In this document: positions 35,972 through 45,755 of the stretch, one piece after another | Layout of the letters: each line of letters starts with the position of its first letter | Numbering within the stretch: the stretch's first letter is position 1 | From: a virus | DNA: 64,000 nucleotides | IMG/VR virus record: IMGVR_UViG_3300043446_003110 | Direction: 5' to 3' (one strand) | Program-made: the position numbers and the translations under genes | The notes under the pieces: generated by a model | The model's input: the letters and a program-made list of their open reading frames with translations, nothing else | Databases searched by the model: none | Told to the model about the DNA's origin: nothing

Positions 35972-36515
35972 TCTTAAAGGTATGAGAACATATTTAGTTG
36001 GTGCTATGGATAGAGTACCAGACGGTGGTGTTACGTGGAGAAAAAGAATAACGGGAATCTTAGAGAAACTAGGGATTACTGTAATAGATCCATGTAATAA
36101 GCCTGTAAATGGCATTGTTGAAGATGAAGAAACTAGGCACTGGATTGATTATTATAAGGAGACAGAACAATACGACAAAATCAAAAATAAATTCTCTGTA
36201 ATAAGAAGTGCAGATTTAAGATGTGTCGATGTTTCAGATTTTATAATTGCACATATTGATTTAGATGTTCACGCTTGCGGAACTTATGAAGAAATAGTGA
36301 CAGCAAATAGGCAAAAAAAGCCAGTTTTGATATGGTGTAAACAGGGAAAAAAGCAAGCACCAAATTGGTTATTTTTTATGCTGCCGCATGAGCATATATT
36401 TAGTTCGCTCAGTGAAATAATAAACTATTTAGATCATATCAATCAAGAAAGAAATATAACTAAACTCAAAAGATGGTTTTTCTTTAAATACAATAATGTG
36501 GGGTACATAGAATGA
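35955..36515 (+). CDS. nucleoside 2-deoxyribosyltransferase-like protein
   Basis: TYLVGAMD..WR, DLRCVDVSDFII, GTYEE. Confidence 0.75.
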   Translation: MDSVNNLKGMRTYLVGAMDRVPDGGVTWRKRITGILEKLGITVIDPCNKPVNGIVEDEETRHWIDYYKETEQYDKIKNKFSVIRSADLRCVDVSDFIIAHIDLDVHACGTYEEIVTANRQKKPVLIWCKQGKKQAPNWLFFMLPHEHIFSSLSEIINYLDHINQERNITKLKRWFFFKYNNVGYIE

Positions 36516-37597
36516 ATATTAATATAATTGGACCGATAAATCAATTGGGTTACGGCATAACGTCGCTCAATATTGTTAAAGAACTATCTAAATTTGCAGA
36601 AGTGTCATTGTTCATGATAGGACAACCCCAAGTGACAAACCAAGAGGATGCAGACATTGTATCTAAATGTATACAAAATTCTCATTTTTTTGATGTTAAT
36701 GCCCCCAGCATCAAGATTTGGCATCAGCATGATATGGCACAATCTGTCGGTAGAGGAACTAGAATTGGTTTTCCAATATTTGAATTAGATCAATTTAATA
36801 GTTTGGAAAAACATCAATTATCATCTCTAGATATAATATTTGTTTGTTCAGAATGGGCTAAAAGCGTTATATGCAATAATATCAAATCTGTTTCTAAAAA
36901 CAAAGTCATTGTTATACCACTGGGCGTAGATTTATCTATATTTAAACCATCTACAATGATAAACGGTGGCCCAACTAAATTTTTTAATTGTGGAAAATGG
37001 GAAATAAGAAAGGGGCATGATCTATTAGTTAATCTTTTTAATGATGCCTTTAATGAAGATGATAATGTTGAATTACACATGATGTGTACTAATCCTTTTT
37101 GCTCAGAACAAGAGGAATTAGAGTGGATAAATCTATACAAAAACTCAAAACTAGGACATAAAATACATATAATTCCACGACAAGATACTCAACATGAAGT
37201 GTATAATATTATGTCTACCATGCATTGTGGTGTATTTCCAGCAAGAGCAGAGGGATGGAATTTAGAATTATTGGAAATGATGGCCTGCGGAAAACATGTA
37301 ATTACAACAAATTACTCAGCACACACAGAATTTTGCAATGAGGATAATGCTTTGTTGATGCCAATAAAATCTAGTGAAATCGCCTATGATGGAAAATGGT
37401 TTCATGGTCAGGGCAATTGGGCTAAAATAGATGACAATGCCAGAGGATATGCTATACAACATATGAGAAAAATATACAACTCTCATCAAAATAATCAATT
37501 ATTGCTTAATAATTCTGGTATTGAAACAGCAAACAGGTTCAATTGGCAAAATACAGGAAGGAAAATATTAAATGCTATTCAACTTCTTAAAAAATAA
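36512..37597 (+). CDS. glycosyltransferase family 4 (GT-B)
   Basis: GKWEIRKG, FPARAEGWNLELLEMMACG. Confidence 0.88.
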   Translation: MNINIIGPINQLGYGITSLNIVKELSKFAEVSLFMIGQPQVTNQEDADIVSKCIQNSHFFDVNAPSIKIWHQHDMAQSVGRGTRIGFPIFELDQFNSLEKHQLSSLDIIFVCSEWAKSVICNNIKSVSKNKVIVIPLGVDLSIFKPSTMINGGPTKFFNCGKWEIRKGHDLLVNLFNDAFNEDDNVELHMMCTNPFCSEQEELEWINLYKNSKLGHKIHIIPRQDTQHEVYNIMSTMHCGVFPARAEGWNLELLEMMACGKHVITTNYSAHTEFCNEDNALLMPIKSSEIAYDGKWFHGQGNWAKIDDNARGYAIQHMRKIYNSHQNNQLLLNNSGIETANRFNWQNTGRKILNAIQLLKK

Positions 37598-37940
37598 AAA
37601 CAATAATCTACAAGAGCAATCTGATGATGGTGAAATATTGGCACGAATTAGTTATGTAGCAATGAAAGATTCAGACTCAGTAATAGTCGATGTAGAATTA
37701 AAAGAGTATAATAATGAATGTGTTCAGCAACTAAGCTATATTATAGATGCATTATCAAAAGATACTTGTATAGCTGATACTATACAAATCATAAAAAATG
37801 CTATGGTCAGCGAAGATAAGCAAGAATATTTAGTTAAACTTTTGAGCGAGTTACATGTAAACACAAAAGCAAAATTATTACACTCATATAACGACAGGGA
37901 AGAACCGTGCATAAAACCATCCGAAGTGTTTCTTAAATAA
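37572..37940 (+). CDS. hypothetical protein
   Basis: ORF in operon context. Confidence 0.7.
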   Translation: MLFNFLKNKNNNLQEQSDDGEILARISYVAMKDSDSVIVDVELKEYNNECVQQLSYIIDALSKDTCIADTIQIIKNAMVSEDKQEYLVKLLSELHVNTKAKLLHSYNDREEPCIKPSEVFLK

Positions 37941-37953
37941 AGGGAGTAAATAT

Positions 37954-38418
37954 ATGGTCAAATTAGTAAAAAAAATAGGATGGCAGAAATATGAAGATTA
38001 TATTGAAAAACAACTTTCATGCCCAATGTTGCAAAATATATTGCAAAGTATGTTTCCAACTGCTGAAGACTTAATAGAAGATAATTCAGATGATAGCGAG
38101 GACGAGGACGAATCCTATGCCGATGAAGATGAAGATAAAAAAAGTTCTTTAGCGATGGTAATACATAAAATGCTACCACTCACACCACAAATCATTGATG
38201 ACATTTCAGTATTGGCAAATTTTGATTGCTGGATTGGACACGCCAATTTTGATATTACCCCCAAAATTCGCGATCAATTAAATAAGATAGCTGGAGTAGA
38301 AGTTCTTAAGATATTTAGTAGATATCGTTTTTTTGTAGGTATTGGTCAAATGTTTGATTTTCAGAATGTAAGATATGACATTGAAAAAATAATTATAAAA
38401 GGAGAAATTGATGACTGA
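37954..38418 (+). CDS. conserved phage protein
   Basis: WIGHANFDIT..GVEVLKIFSRYRF. Confidence 0.7.
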   Translation: MVKLVKKIGWQKYEDYIEKQLSCPMLQNILQSMFPTAEDLIEDNSDDSEDEDESYADEDEDKKSSLAMVIHKMLPLTPQIIDDISVLANFDCWIGHANFDITPKIRDQLNKIAGVEVLKIFSRYRFFVGIGQMFDFQNVRYDIEKIIIKGEIDD

Positions 38419-38890
38419 ATTGAATGACTTAAACCAAAAGATGGATAAAGCCCTAAAAGATGAAAATATACTTAAAATAATGAATAAAGCATCTAAAAGA
38501 TTTAAAAATCAATTAGACTCTGATACTATCAGAACTTGTCAATTAAATGCTTTATGGAAAACATTTTTACACCATGATGCATCTAAGGGAGCAAAATTTA
38601 CTACATATTTGTATAAAGGTGTTTTTATAGAGTGCATGAAAGAGATAAAGTTTTCAAATAAAAGTAAATTATTTAATAAATTACACAACAATATTCCATC
38701 TAAAAATAATCCATTTTTTTATATTGATCTTATGGACGAATTCAAAAACGAAGATGATCAAAATTTAATCAATGATAGATTAAGCAACATGACTATCTCT
38801 GAAATATCTAATAAGTACGGGAAAAATAGAGAAAGTGTTAGGAGAAAAATACACAAATTAGCAGATTCAGTAAGAAACAAATTTTGCTAA
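38411..38890 (+). CDS. phage-encoded RNA polymerase sigma factor
   Basis: Region-2-like ALWK..HDASKGAKFTTY; region-4 HTH MTISEISNKYGKNRESVRR. Confidence 0.8.
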   Translation: MTELNDLNQKMDKALKDENILKIMNKASKRFKNQLDSDTIRTCQLNALWKTFLHHDASKGAKFTTYLYKGVFIECMKEIKFSNKSKLFNKLHNNIPSKNNPFFYIDLMDEFKNEDDQNLINDRLSNMTISEISNKYGKNRESVRRKIHKLADSVRNKFC

Positions 38891-38892
38891 AT

Positions 38893-38899
38893 GTGTATA
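38893..38899 (+). promoter_or_regulatory. candidate late-promoter motif GTGTATA
   Basis: Recurs before genes at 2329, 16475, 21569, 23641, 24705, 28125, 56315 and on the minus strand at 7264 and 26252. Confidence 0.6.
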
Positions 38900-38971
38900 T
38901 ATAACTAGGAATCGGACTAAAAAGGATGCGGACATATATTTTTTACATATGAAAAATTAAAGGAGAATAAT

Positions 38972-39601
38972 ATGGCATCCACATCAGCAAAACAGTCCGG
39001 TGGTAATCCAAACAACGACGGCGGCGTAATAATCCAAGCTGGCAATGTATCAGAAAATTTAACCGATCTTTCAATTATCGGTAATCTTCCCTCAGTTCCA
39101 GCCTATGGAACAGTTGTAGTACAGGATACACCTTCTGCACCATTGGATTATACTGACCCACACGGTGTAACTAAGGCTAAAAGCACTGGTACATTTGCAT
39201 ACACACCAGCCCCCGGTACAAACTTTTTAGTACGTGGTGGCGGTGATAATGCTAGCAGTATTAATGGTGTTTCTAGTCCAGCGTTGTCTGGTGTATTAGG
39301 CATTCCCGGCGGTGCTGCTGGCTTCATGACCAACAAAAACTTGAAGTCAACACAGGTTGGTACATATGCTACTAGGACTTTCAACGTTTTAGCTACACCA
39401 TCAAGTGGTAATTTCCCCGGTTTAACTAGAGGTACTGGTGCTGGTACTGCTGTAACTTACTCATCAACTAGTGGTAATTATCCCGCTGTTGATGATGCCG
39501 CTACAACAAGCAGAACAGTTCCCGGTGAACTTACATACATGTTTGGTTCCACAGTTCCTACACGTAATACAGCTTACAAGGCTAAAGATAGTAACGAATA
39601 A
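38972..39601 (+). CDS. probable virion structural protein (Gly/Thr/Ser/Pro-rich)
   Basis: Composition, strong SD, ..RTVPGELTY.. C-terminus, downstream hairpin at 39614..39654. Confidence 0.6.
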   Translation: MASTSAKQSGGNPNNDGGVIIQAGNVSENLTDLSIIGNLPSVPAYGTVVVQDTPSAPLDYTDPHGVTKAKSTGTFAYTPAPGTNFLVRGGGDNASSINGVSSPALSGVLGIPGGAAGFMTNKNLKSTQVGTYATRTFNVLATPSSGNFPGLTRGTGAGTAVTYSSTSGNYPAVDDAATTSRTVPGELTYMFGSTVPTRNTAYKAKDSNE

Positions 39602-39675
39602 TTAATCGTTATTTAAGATAAGTGCCTTTGAGAAATCTTAGGCACTTTATCTTACCTTTATCCTTGGAGGCAACT

Positions 39676-40269
39676 ATGTTAGACATAAAAGATCCACAAA
39701 ATATACCCATAATATGGGGAATATTAGGAGCAATTGGCACTTTTTGCAGCCTAGTTTGGGTAAAAATAGTAAAACCAACGATAAAATTTGTAAAAGGACA
39801 AGAAGAAATAACTCATTCTCTTGAAACAATACGTAAAGAGTTAACAACTAATGGTGGAAATAGCTTAAAAGATACTGTAATAGATTTGCGTTCTACCATA
39901 AACAGAATGGAAAAAAGACAAAAAATTATAGAACAAAGAACAAAAGCCGCACTACACTATAACGATGTCGCTTTATTCGAAATAGATGATAGTGGCAGAT
40001 TAACGTGGACAAATAATAATTTTTATGAATTAACACAAGATGTATTAAATAGCGTAGATGGATATGATTGGCTTAATTATGTGCAAGAAAATCAAAGAGA
40101 AGAATTATTTGATGAATTAAAATCCTGTTTAGAAATGAACAGAAAATTAGCAAAAACAGTAAAAACGGTAGATGGAAAACTAGTAAAGTTTACTGGTTTT
40201 CCTTATAGGATAAATGAAAAAGAGCATGGAGGATTTTTAGTAAGCATTTCTCAACTCAAGGAGATATAA
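39676..40269 (+). CDS. single-TM + coiled-coil + PAS-like domain protein (holin-like N-terminus)
   Basis: TM; ELTTNGGNSLKD; ALFEIDDSGRLTWTNNNFYEL..GYDWLNYV (PAS pattern); GGAGG SD. Confidence 0.65.
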   Translation: MLDIKDPQNIPIIWGILGAIGTFCSLVWVKIVKPTIKFVKGQEEITHSLETIRKELTTNGGNSLKDTVIDLRSTINRMEKRQKIIEQRTKAALHYNDVALFEIDDSGRLTWTNNNFYELTQDVLNSVDGYDWLNYVQENQREELFDELKSCLEMNRKLAKTVKTVDGKLVKFTGFPYRINEKEHGGFLVSISQLKEI

Positions 40270-40271
40270 CA

Positions 40272-40493
40272 ATGTCAGAAGTCAAATGTGGTTCTGGTCC
40301 CTTTGCATTAAATACAACAGATCTGATTTCAGTAGGTAAAAATGCCCTATTAGTAGGTTTAGCCGCAGTACTAACTTATGTTGGCGAAAATTTAACTAAA
40401 TTAGATCTTGGAAATATGACAGCCCTAGTTGTACCCGTTACGGTAGTAGTGATAAACACATTAGTAAAATGGGCCAAGGATAATACAAAGTAA
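40272..40493 (+). CDS. small two-TM holin-like protein
   Basis: Two hydrophobic helices, charged C-terminus. Confidence 0.55.
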   Translation: MSEVKCGSGPFALNTTDLISVGKNALLVGLAAVLTYVGENLTKLDLGNMTALVVPVTVVVINTLVKWAKDNTK

Positions 40494-41410
40494 TGTTTAA
40501 AACACCAAAAGATCTCTTAAAAGCTTATAAAGAAGGCTTTGTAGGATCATATTGTGATCCAAAAGAATTAGATAAACTTTTAGGTAAATTACCACATCCT
40601 TTATTTGGTGTGGCCGCTCATGATTTATATGGAAGCGGTAAAGGTAAGTTAGCATTACCATTTAAAAATTTACTTAAGTTTGATCCATCTTTTGGCCCAT
40701 CGGAAAGGCAAATTCAAGGAGATTGTGTTTCACATGCTACGCGAAACGCTGTAGACGTTACTAGAAGCTGTGAAATAGTAGACGGCCAACGAGAAGAATT
40801 TGTTTGTCGTGGTGCCACGGAAGGCATATACGGATCTCGCGGCCATGGCGGCGAAGGTATGACTTGTGCTGGTGCAGCAAGATTCGTTCATGAAACCGGC
40901 GGTATATTATTAAGACAAAAGTACGGAGAATACGATCTATCTGAATATAATGCCATTGGTGGCAAATGGGGCAGATCTGGAGTACCAGACGAGTTAGTTC
41001 AATATGCAAAAAAACATCAAGTAAAAACAATTAGCTTAATCAATACTATAGATCAAGCTAGAGATGCTTTAGCTAATGGATATTCTATTAGCGTTTGCTC
41101 AATGTCTGGATTTAGTTCTAGGCGTGATAAAAATGGAATAGCAGCACGTTCTGGATCATGGAGTCATGCCATGGCTTGGATAGGTATGGATGACACTCAT
41201 GAAATATACAATGAAACTTTATTCTTAGTCCAAAATTCTTGGGGGATTTGGAATAATGGGGAAAAGCGTTTAGATCAACCAGATGGTAGTTTCTGGATAC
41301 GAGAACGAGATGCAGCAGAAATGCTTGCATCAAATGGTTCGTGGGTGTTTAGCGATGTAGATGGTTTTCCCCCAAGAAAAGTAACTTGGACATTAAAAGA
41401 TCAATTCTAA
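40493..41410 (+). CDS. papain-like (C1) cysteine peptidase
   Basis: QIQGDCVSH, SHAM, VQNSWG. Confidence 0.85.
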   Translation: MFKTPKDLLKAYKEGFVGSYCDPKELDKLLGKLPHPLFGVAAHDLYGSGKGKLALPFKNLLKFDPSFGPSERQIQGDCVSHATRNAVDVTRSCEIVDGQREEFVCRGATEGIYGSRGHGGEGMTCAGAARFVHETGGILLRQKYGEYDLSEYNAIGGKWGRSGVPDELVQYAKKHQVKTISLINTIDQARDALANGYSISVCSMSGFSSRRDKNGIAARSGSWSHAMAWIGMDDTHEIYNETLFLVQNSWGIWNNGEKRLDQPDGSFWIRERDAAEMLASNGSWVFSDVDGFPPRKVTWTLKDQF

Positions 41411-41422
41411 AAGAGGTGTAAA

Positions 41423-41659
41423 ATGGCAATAACAACGACAGATGTAATTACTAATGTGGTCAGTGGAAGAGAAACAATCCAGAATGGCTCCGCAATAGTT
41501 TATTGCTGGAGAGGTGTGCCAATCAGCGGAAGTGGAAATTATCAAGCTTTAGTTAGTAATTTTGAATATGACAAAAATTATTCATATACAGGTCATGAAA
41601 CTAGATTAACAAATAGATTTGATGATGTTACATATTATACCACCGGTAGTGGTAATTGA
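41423..41659 (+). CDS. hypothetical (virion-like) protein
   Basis: GAGGTG SD. Confidence 0.65.
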   Translation: MAITTTDVITNVVSGRETIQNGSAIVYCWRGVPISGSGNYQALVSNFEYDKNYSYTGHETRLTNRFDDVTYYTTGSGN

Positions 41660-41672
41660 TTAGGAGCATAAC

Positions 41673-41804
41673 GTGGCGATAGTAAAAATAACAGAATTGC
41701 CAGAGTCAACTTCTATAGCTAATGACGATTTGTTAGTTATGGTTGATAGTGGAAATCCGTATGTAACTAAAAAAATTGCTTTTCTTATAACAACAATATC
41801 TTAG
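41673..41804 (+). CDS. 43-aa ORF resembling a stand-alone tail-fibre N-terminal anchor; not in ORF track
   Basis: GTG start after AGGAG; KITELP..DDLLVMVD..TKKI. Confidence 0.5.
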   Translation: MAIVKITELPESTSIANDDLLVMVDSGNPYVTKKIAFLITTIS

Positions 41805-41811
41805 GAATCAT

Positions 41812-42114
41812 ATGAAATATATATTTTTATGTTGCTTTTTATTATGTGGATGTATTAACGAACAAAATTGTTCAGTAAATCCACAAGATATAACAAACAT
41901 GTATTCTTCTTATGTAACGGAATGGCAAGAGAAATGCAAGAACGCATTTGATACGGCTGAACAAGAAGTATTTAAACCGCAACCAAAACCAGTTGTAGAT
42001 GATACTAATCCAGATCCAGCAAAATGTATCTGCAAGGGTACTGGAATAATCGTACAGGGAGATGGGCATAATACTGTTTGCCCATATCACGGCAAGACCA
42101 CTAATAAGAGGTAA
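41812..42114 (+). CDS. predicted lipoprotein with Cys-rich C-terminus
   Basis: FLLCG-C lipobox; CICKGTG..GDGH..CPYH. Confidence 0.7.
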   Translation: MKYIFLCCFLLCGCINEQNCSVNPQDITNMYSSYVTEWQEKCKNAFDTAEQEVFKPQPKPVVDDTNPDPAKCICKGTGIIVQGDGHNTVCPYHGKTTNKR

Positions 42115-42118
42115 TAAA

Positions 42119-42406
42119 ATGGAACTTTGGCAGATGGTGTTATTGTGCTTGGGATTATTAATATTATCAACAAATTTTATTGATATTCCATATTTAATTT
42201 CTAAGCTTGTTTCTAAATCAAAAACAAGAGAATTAATAGAAAAAGACGAAAACAAACAAGAGGGATTTTTGGAAATTGTCAGTTTATGGTATCAACTAAA
42301 AAATAAATGTGACGAACATAATCTTGATGTAGCTTCCGATAAACTTGATGAAGTATTCCCACTTTTAAACAAGGTAATTGAGGATAATAATGGAAAAGTT
42401 TCTTAA
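42119..42406 (+). CDS. membrane-anchored hypothetical protein
   Basis: N-terminal TM; GAGG SD. Confidence 0.7.
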   Translation: MELWQMVLLCLGLLILSTNFIDIPYLISKLVSKSKTRELIEKDENKQEGFLEIVSLWYQLKNKCDEHNLDVASDKLDEVFPLLNKVIEDNNGKVS

Positions 42407-42860
42407 ATTAAAAAATTTAATAGCTATAATGTTGATTGGAGTGGCGTTATGTGGTTCTATAAATAATGTATTACCAGTAATAATACCAAAACCAGATGTT
42501 GCTATACTTAACATAGATAAACCATCTGACAGAATTATAGAATTAACAAAATCTACATCTAATCTTGTTACTGATCCAACCGATAGAGCTAAATTAGCTA
42601 TTTATAGTCAAGAATTTTCTAGTAGAGTCATAAAATATGACGTTCAGTTACAACAAGTGAACGATATTTTATCAATTGCAGCAAGAGAGTTTTTCCAAGG
42701 ATCAATAAACGATAAATATGTTGGACTTGATGATAGAATTATTAATCTAATTACTTCTGCCTGTGGTGGAGATGAAAACCATAAACTTACTGAACAAGAA
42801 AAAATTGAAATATCAGAAAGATTTTTAGGACTTGCTTGGTTATTAATTCAAAGAAAGTAA
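42390..42860 (+). CDS. exported hypothetical protein
   Basis: Hydrophobic N-terminus. Confidence 0.7.
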   Translation: MEKFLKLKNLIAIMLIGVALCGSINNVLPVIIPKPDVAILNIDKPSDRIIELTKSTSNLVTDPTDRAKLAIYSQEFSSRVIKYDVQLQQVNDILSIAAREFFQGSINDKYVGLDDRIINLITSACGGDENHKLTEQEKIEISERFLGLAWLLIQRK

Positions 42861-42863
42861 AAT

Positions 42864-43499
42864 ATGGCTATACCAATCTCTCAGATAAAACAAATAGTTG
42901 ATTTCATTTTTTCTAAAAATGGATATGATATAAAAAATCTAAATATTAGTTTTCCACAGCCGCTAGACATAAAAATTGTAAAAGACTCGTCAGAAAATAT
43001 CATCTTGTCTTTCACTGAATCATTACCAAAAGTAACATGGAAAAAATTTGTTAGATTAAGTGCTTATGTACAGGGGTTGACTTTGGGCAAAGACGGTGGT
43101 ACACTTAAGTTGAAGTACCTACCAGACATCAATTTTACTTATGATGACAATTCAGAGTCATTATTTGGCAACTCATTTGATGTTAGCGATATAGAATTTC
43201 AAGTTGATACAGAATTTCCAGATGAAGAACAAAACTTTTTAGCAAAAAAGTGCTTGCACTATGCCAATGAATGGGCTACAATAGTTAGCCAAAGCGGCAC
43301 AGATTTTGGTTCATGCGACAGATATATCAGAAGACAACTCAAAAAAGATTGCAAAAATTTTGTCATATCAAATGTAAAAGATGACGAAGAGGTTCGCCAC
43401 GGATCTGTCGTTTTGACATTTTTATTAATCTATGTTGTATTACCTGTTGTGCTTAAATTTGTGCTTGAAAGACTCTTTAAAAAACTATTTAACGAATAA
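42864..43499 (+). CDS. hypothetical protein with C-terminal TM
   Basis: VVLTFLLIYVVLPVVL. Confidence 0.7.
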   Translation: MAIPISQIKQIVDFIFSKNGYDIKNLNISFPQPLDIKIVKDSSENIILSFTESLPKVTWKKFVRLSAYVQGLTLGKDGGTLKLKYLPDINFTYDDNSESLFGNSFDVSDIEFQVDTEFPDEEQNFLAKKCLHYANEWATIVSQSGTDFGSCDRYIRRQLKKDCKNFVISNVKDDEEVRHGSVVLTFLLIYVVLPVVLKFVLERLFKKLFNE

Positions 43500-43526
43500 T
43501 TGACGATTGAACAGAAAGGGTAATTA

Positions 43527-45755
43527 ATGCGCGTTCAAAAGAGGAACGGTAGTTTCGAAGTCTATACAGTTGAAAAAATACATAAGGTGGTTGAATGGGC
43601 CATTAAAGATATTGCAAATGTTTCTTGGTCTGACATAGAAATGAACGCCAATTTATCTTTGAGGGATGGTATTACTACACAAGAAATACATCAAATACTC
43701 ATTAAATCTGCAAATGACCTGACCTCACCAAGTAAGCCAAATTATCAATATGTGGCGTCTAGACTACTCAATATGTCTTTAAGAAAAGACCTTTGGGAAA
43801 AACATGACTCGCCACCAAGTCTATTTTCTCATATATATGAGAACGTCAAGGCTGGAGTGTATGACAATGAACTATTGTCTAAATGGTCAGAAGAACAGAT
43901 CGGCCAGATAGAAAAACTTATTGATCACGATAGAGACTATTTATTTACATACGCTGGTTTACAGCAGATGATAGACAAATATCTAATTAAAAACCGCTCT
44001 ACTGGCGAAATGTATGAAACACCACAGTTTGCCTATATATGTATTGCTATGTCTTTGTTTGATACTATAGAAGAGGTAGAAGAAGCATATGAAAGTTTTT
44101 CCACATTTAAAATCAATCTGCCAACACCTATCATGGCTGGAGTAAGGACTAAGATTAAACAATTTGCAAGCTGTGTCTTAGTAGACGTAGAAGACGATCT
44201 TGATTCTATATTCTCTAGCGTACACGCGGTTGGTAAATATACAGCAAGAAGAGCCGGTATCGGATTAAATATTGGTAGAATTAGACCAATTAATTCAAGC
44301 ATTAGGGGCGGTGAAGTAGTTCATACTGGTTTGATACCGTATCTCAAAGTCTTTGAGTCTGCCGTAAAGGCCACAAGTCAAAACGGAATTCGCGGAGGGT
44401 CTGCCACTGTACATATTCCATTTTGGCATTATGAAATTGAAGATATTATGGTTCTAAAGAATAACGCCGGAACTGACGATAATAGGGTAAGAAAACTAGA
44501 TTACTCTGTACAGTTCAACAAGCTTTTTTATGAGCGTTTAATAAAGAATGAAGATATCACACTTATGAGTCCTCATGAAACTGGCGGATTATATTCAGCT
44601 ATGAACAACAATGAAGACTTCAAAAAGCTATACGAAAAGTACGAAAATGCTCGTTACGTCAAGATGAAGAAAAAGATTAGTGCCAGAAAATTAGCAGAAA
44701 TCTTTACAAAAGAAAGATTAGAAACTGGTCGTATTTATGTGATGAACATTGACAACGCCAATGAACATGGTTCTTGGGACGCACCTGTATATATGAGTAA
44801 TCTTTGTCAGGAAATTATCCACCCAACTAATCCAATAGTTTCTATAGACGATGAGGTTGGCGAGATTGGCATTTGTATTTTGTCTGCACTAAACCTGCTT
44901 GAAATAGAGGATGACAAAGACTTACAGCAAGCCTGTTCGGTAACAGTAAAGTCATTAGAATCTATTATTGACTATCAAGACTATCCAGTTGAGGCTGGAA
45001 GAAATTTTACTAAGAATCGCAGATCGCTTGGTATTGGTATAACAAACTTTGCCGCGTTTCTAGCAAAACATAAACTTAAGTATGAAGACGCTGAGACTCT
45101 AAAATTAGTACATCAAACTATGGAAAAAATTCAGTGGCATCTGCTAAATGAATCATGCAAGCTTGCTGAAAAGCTTGGTCCATGTTCTAAGTTTGGTGAG
45201 ACAAAATATTCTAGAGGATTATTACCAATAGATTGGTATAAAAAAACAGTTGACGAACTGGTTGCTCCAGAATATACTATGGATTGGGAAGGTTTACGAT
45301 CTAGAATAGCAAAGTTTGGTCTTAGACATTCAACCGTCACGGCAATTATGCCATGCGAATCGTCAAGCGTAATACAGAACAGTACAAATGGCATTGAGCC
45401 AGTTCGCAATCTTATGTCCTACAAAAAAGCAAAAAATGGAGTTCTAAAACAATTAGTTCCAAATTACGCTTCAAGAAAAAATTATTACAGCTTGGCTTGG
45501 GAAATGGAAAATAATAAGGCCATTTTAAATATCTGTGCCGTGCTTCAAAAGTTTGTTGATATGAGTATTAGCGTCAATCTGTACTATAATTATGCCCATT
45601 ATCCAGACGGCAATATACCCTTGAGCGTCTTAATAAAAGATCAAATTTACGGGTATAAATATGGTGTAAAGAACTTTTATTACTGTAATACCCCTGACGG
45701 TGACGGTGCGACAGAAAAAGAAACCAATTGTGAATCGGGGGCTTGTGCTATATGA
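43527..45755 (+). CDS. nrdA: class Ia ribonucleotide reductase alpha subunit (with ATP cone)
   Basis: VQKRNG ATP cone, PTPIMAG, FASCVL, SNLCQEI, MPCESSS, C-terminal CESGAC. Confidence 0.96.
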   Translation: MRVQKRNGSFEVYTVEKIHKVVEWAIKDIANVSWSDIEMNANLSLRDGITTQEIHQILIKSANDLTSPSKPNYQYVASRLLNMSLRKDLWEKHDSPPSLFSHIYENVKAGVYDNELLSKWSEEQIGQIEKLIDHDRDYLFTYAGLQQMIDKYLIKNRSTGEMYETPQFAYICIAMSLFDTIEEVEEAYESFSTFKINLPTPIMAGVRTKIKQFASCVLVDVEDDLDSIFSSVHAVGKYTARRAGIGLNIGRIRPINSSIRGGEVVHTGLIPYLKVFESAVKATSQNGIRGGSATVHIPFWHYEIEDIMVLKNNAGTDDNRVRKLDYSVQFNKLFYERLIKNEDITLMSPHETGGLYSAMNNNEDFKKLYEKYENARYVKMKKKISARKLAEIFTKERLETGRIYVMNIDNANEHGSWDAPVYMSNLCQEIIHPTNPIVSIDDEVGEIGICILSALNLLEIEDDKDLQQACSVTVKSLESIIDYQDYPVEAGRNFTKNRRSLGIGITNFAAFLAKHKLKYEDAETLKLVHQTMEKIQWHLLNESCKLAEKLGPCSKFGETKYSRGLLPIDWYKKTVDELVAPEYTMDWEGLRSRIAKFGLRHSTVTAIMPCESSSVIQNSTNGIEPVRNLMSYKKAKNGVLKQLVPNYASRKNYYSLAWEMENNKAILNICAVLQKFVDMSISVNLYYNYAHYPDGNIPLSVLIKDQIYGYKYGVKNFYYCNTPDGDGATEKETNCESGACAI

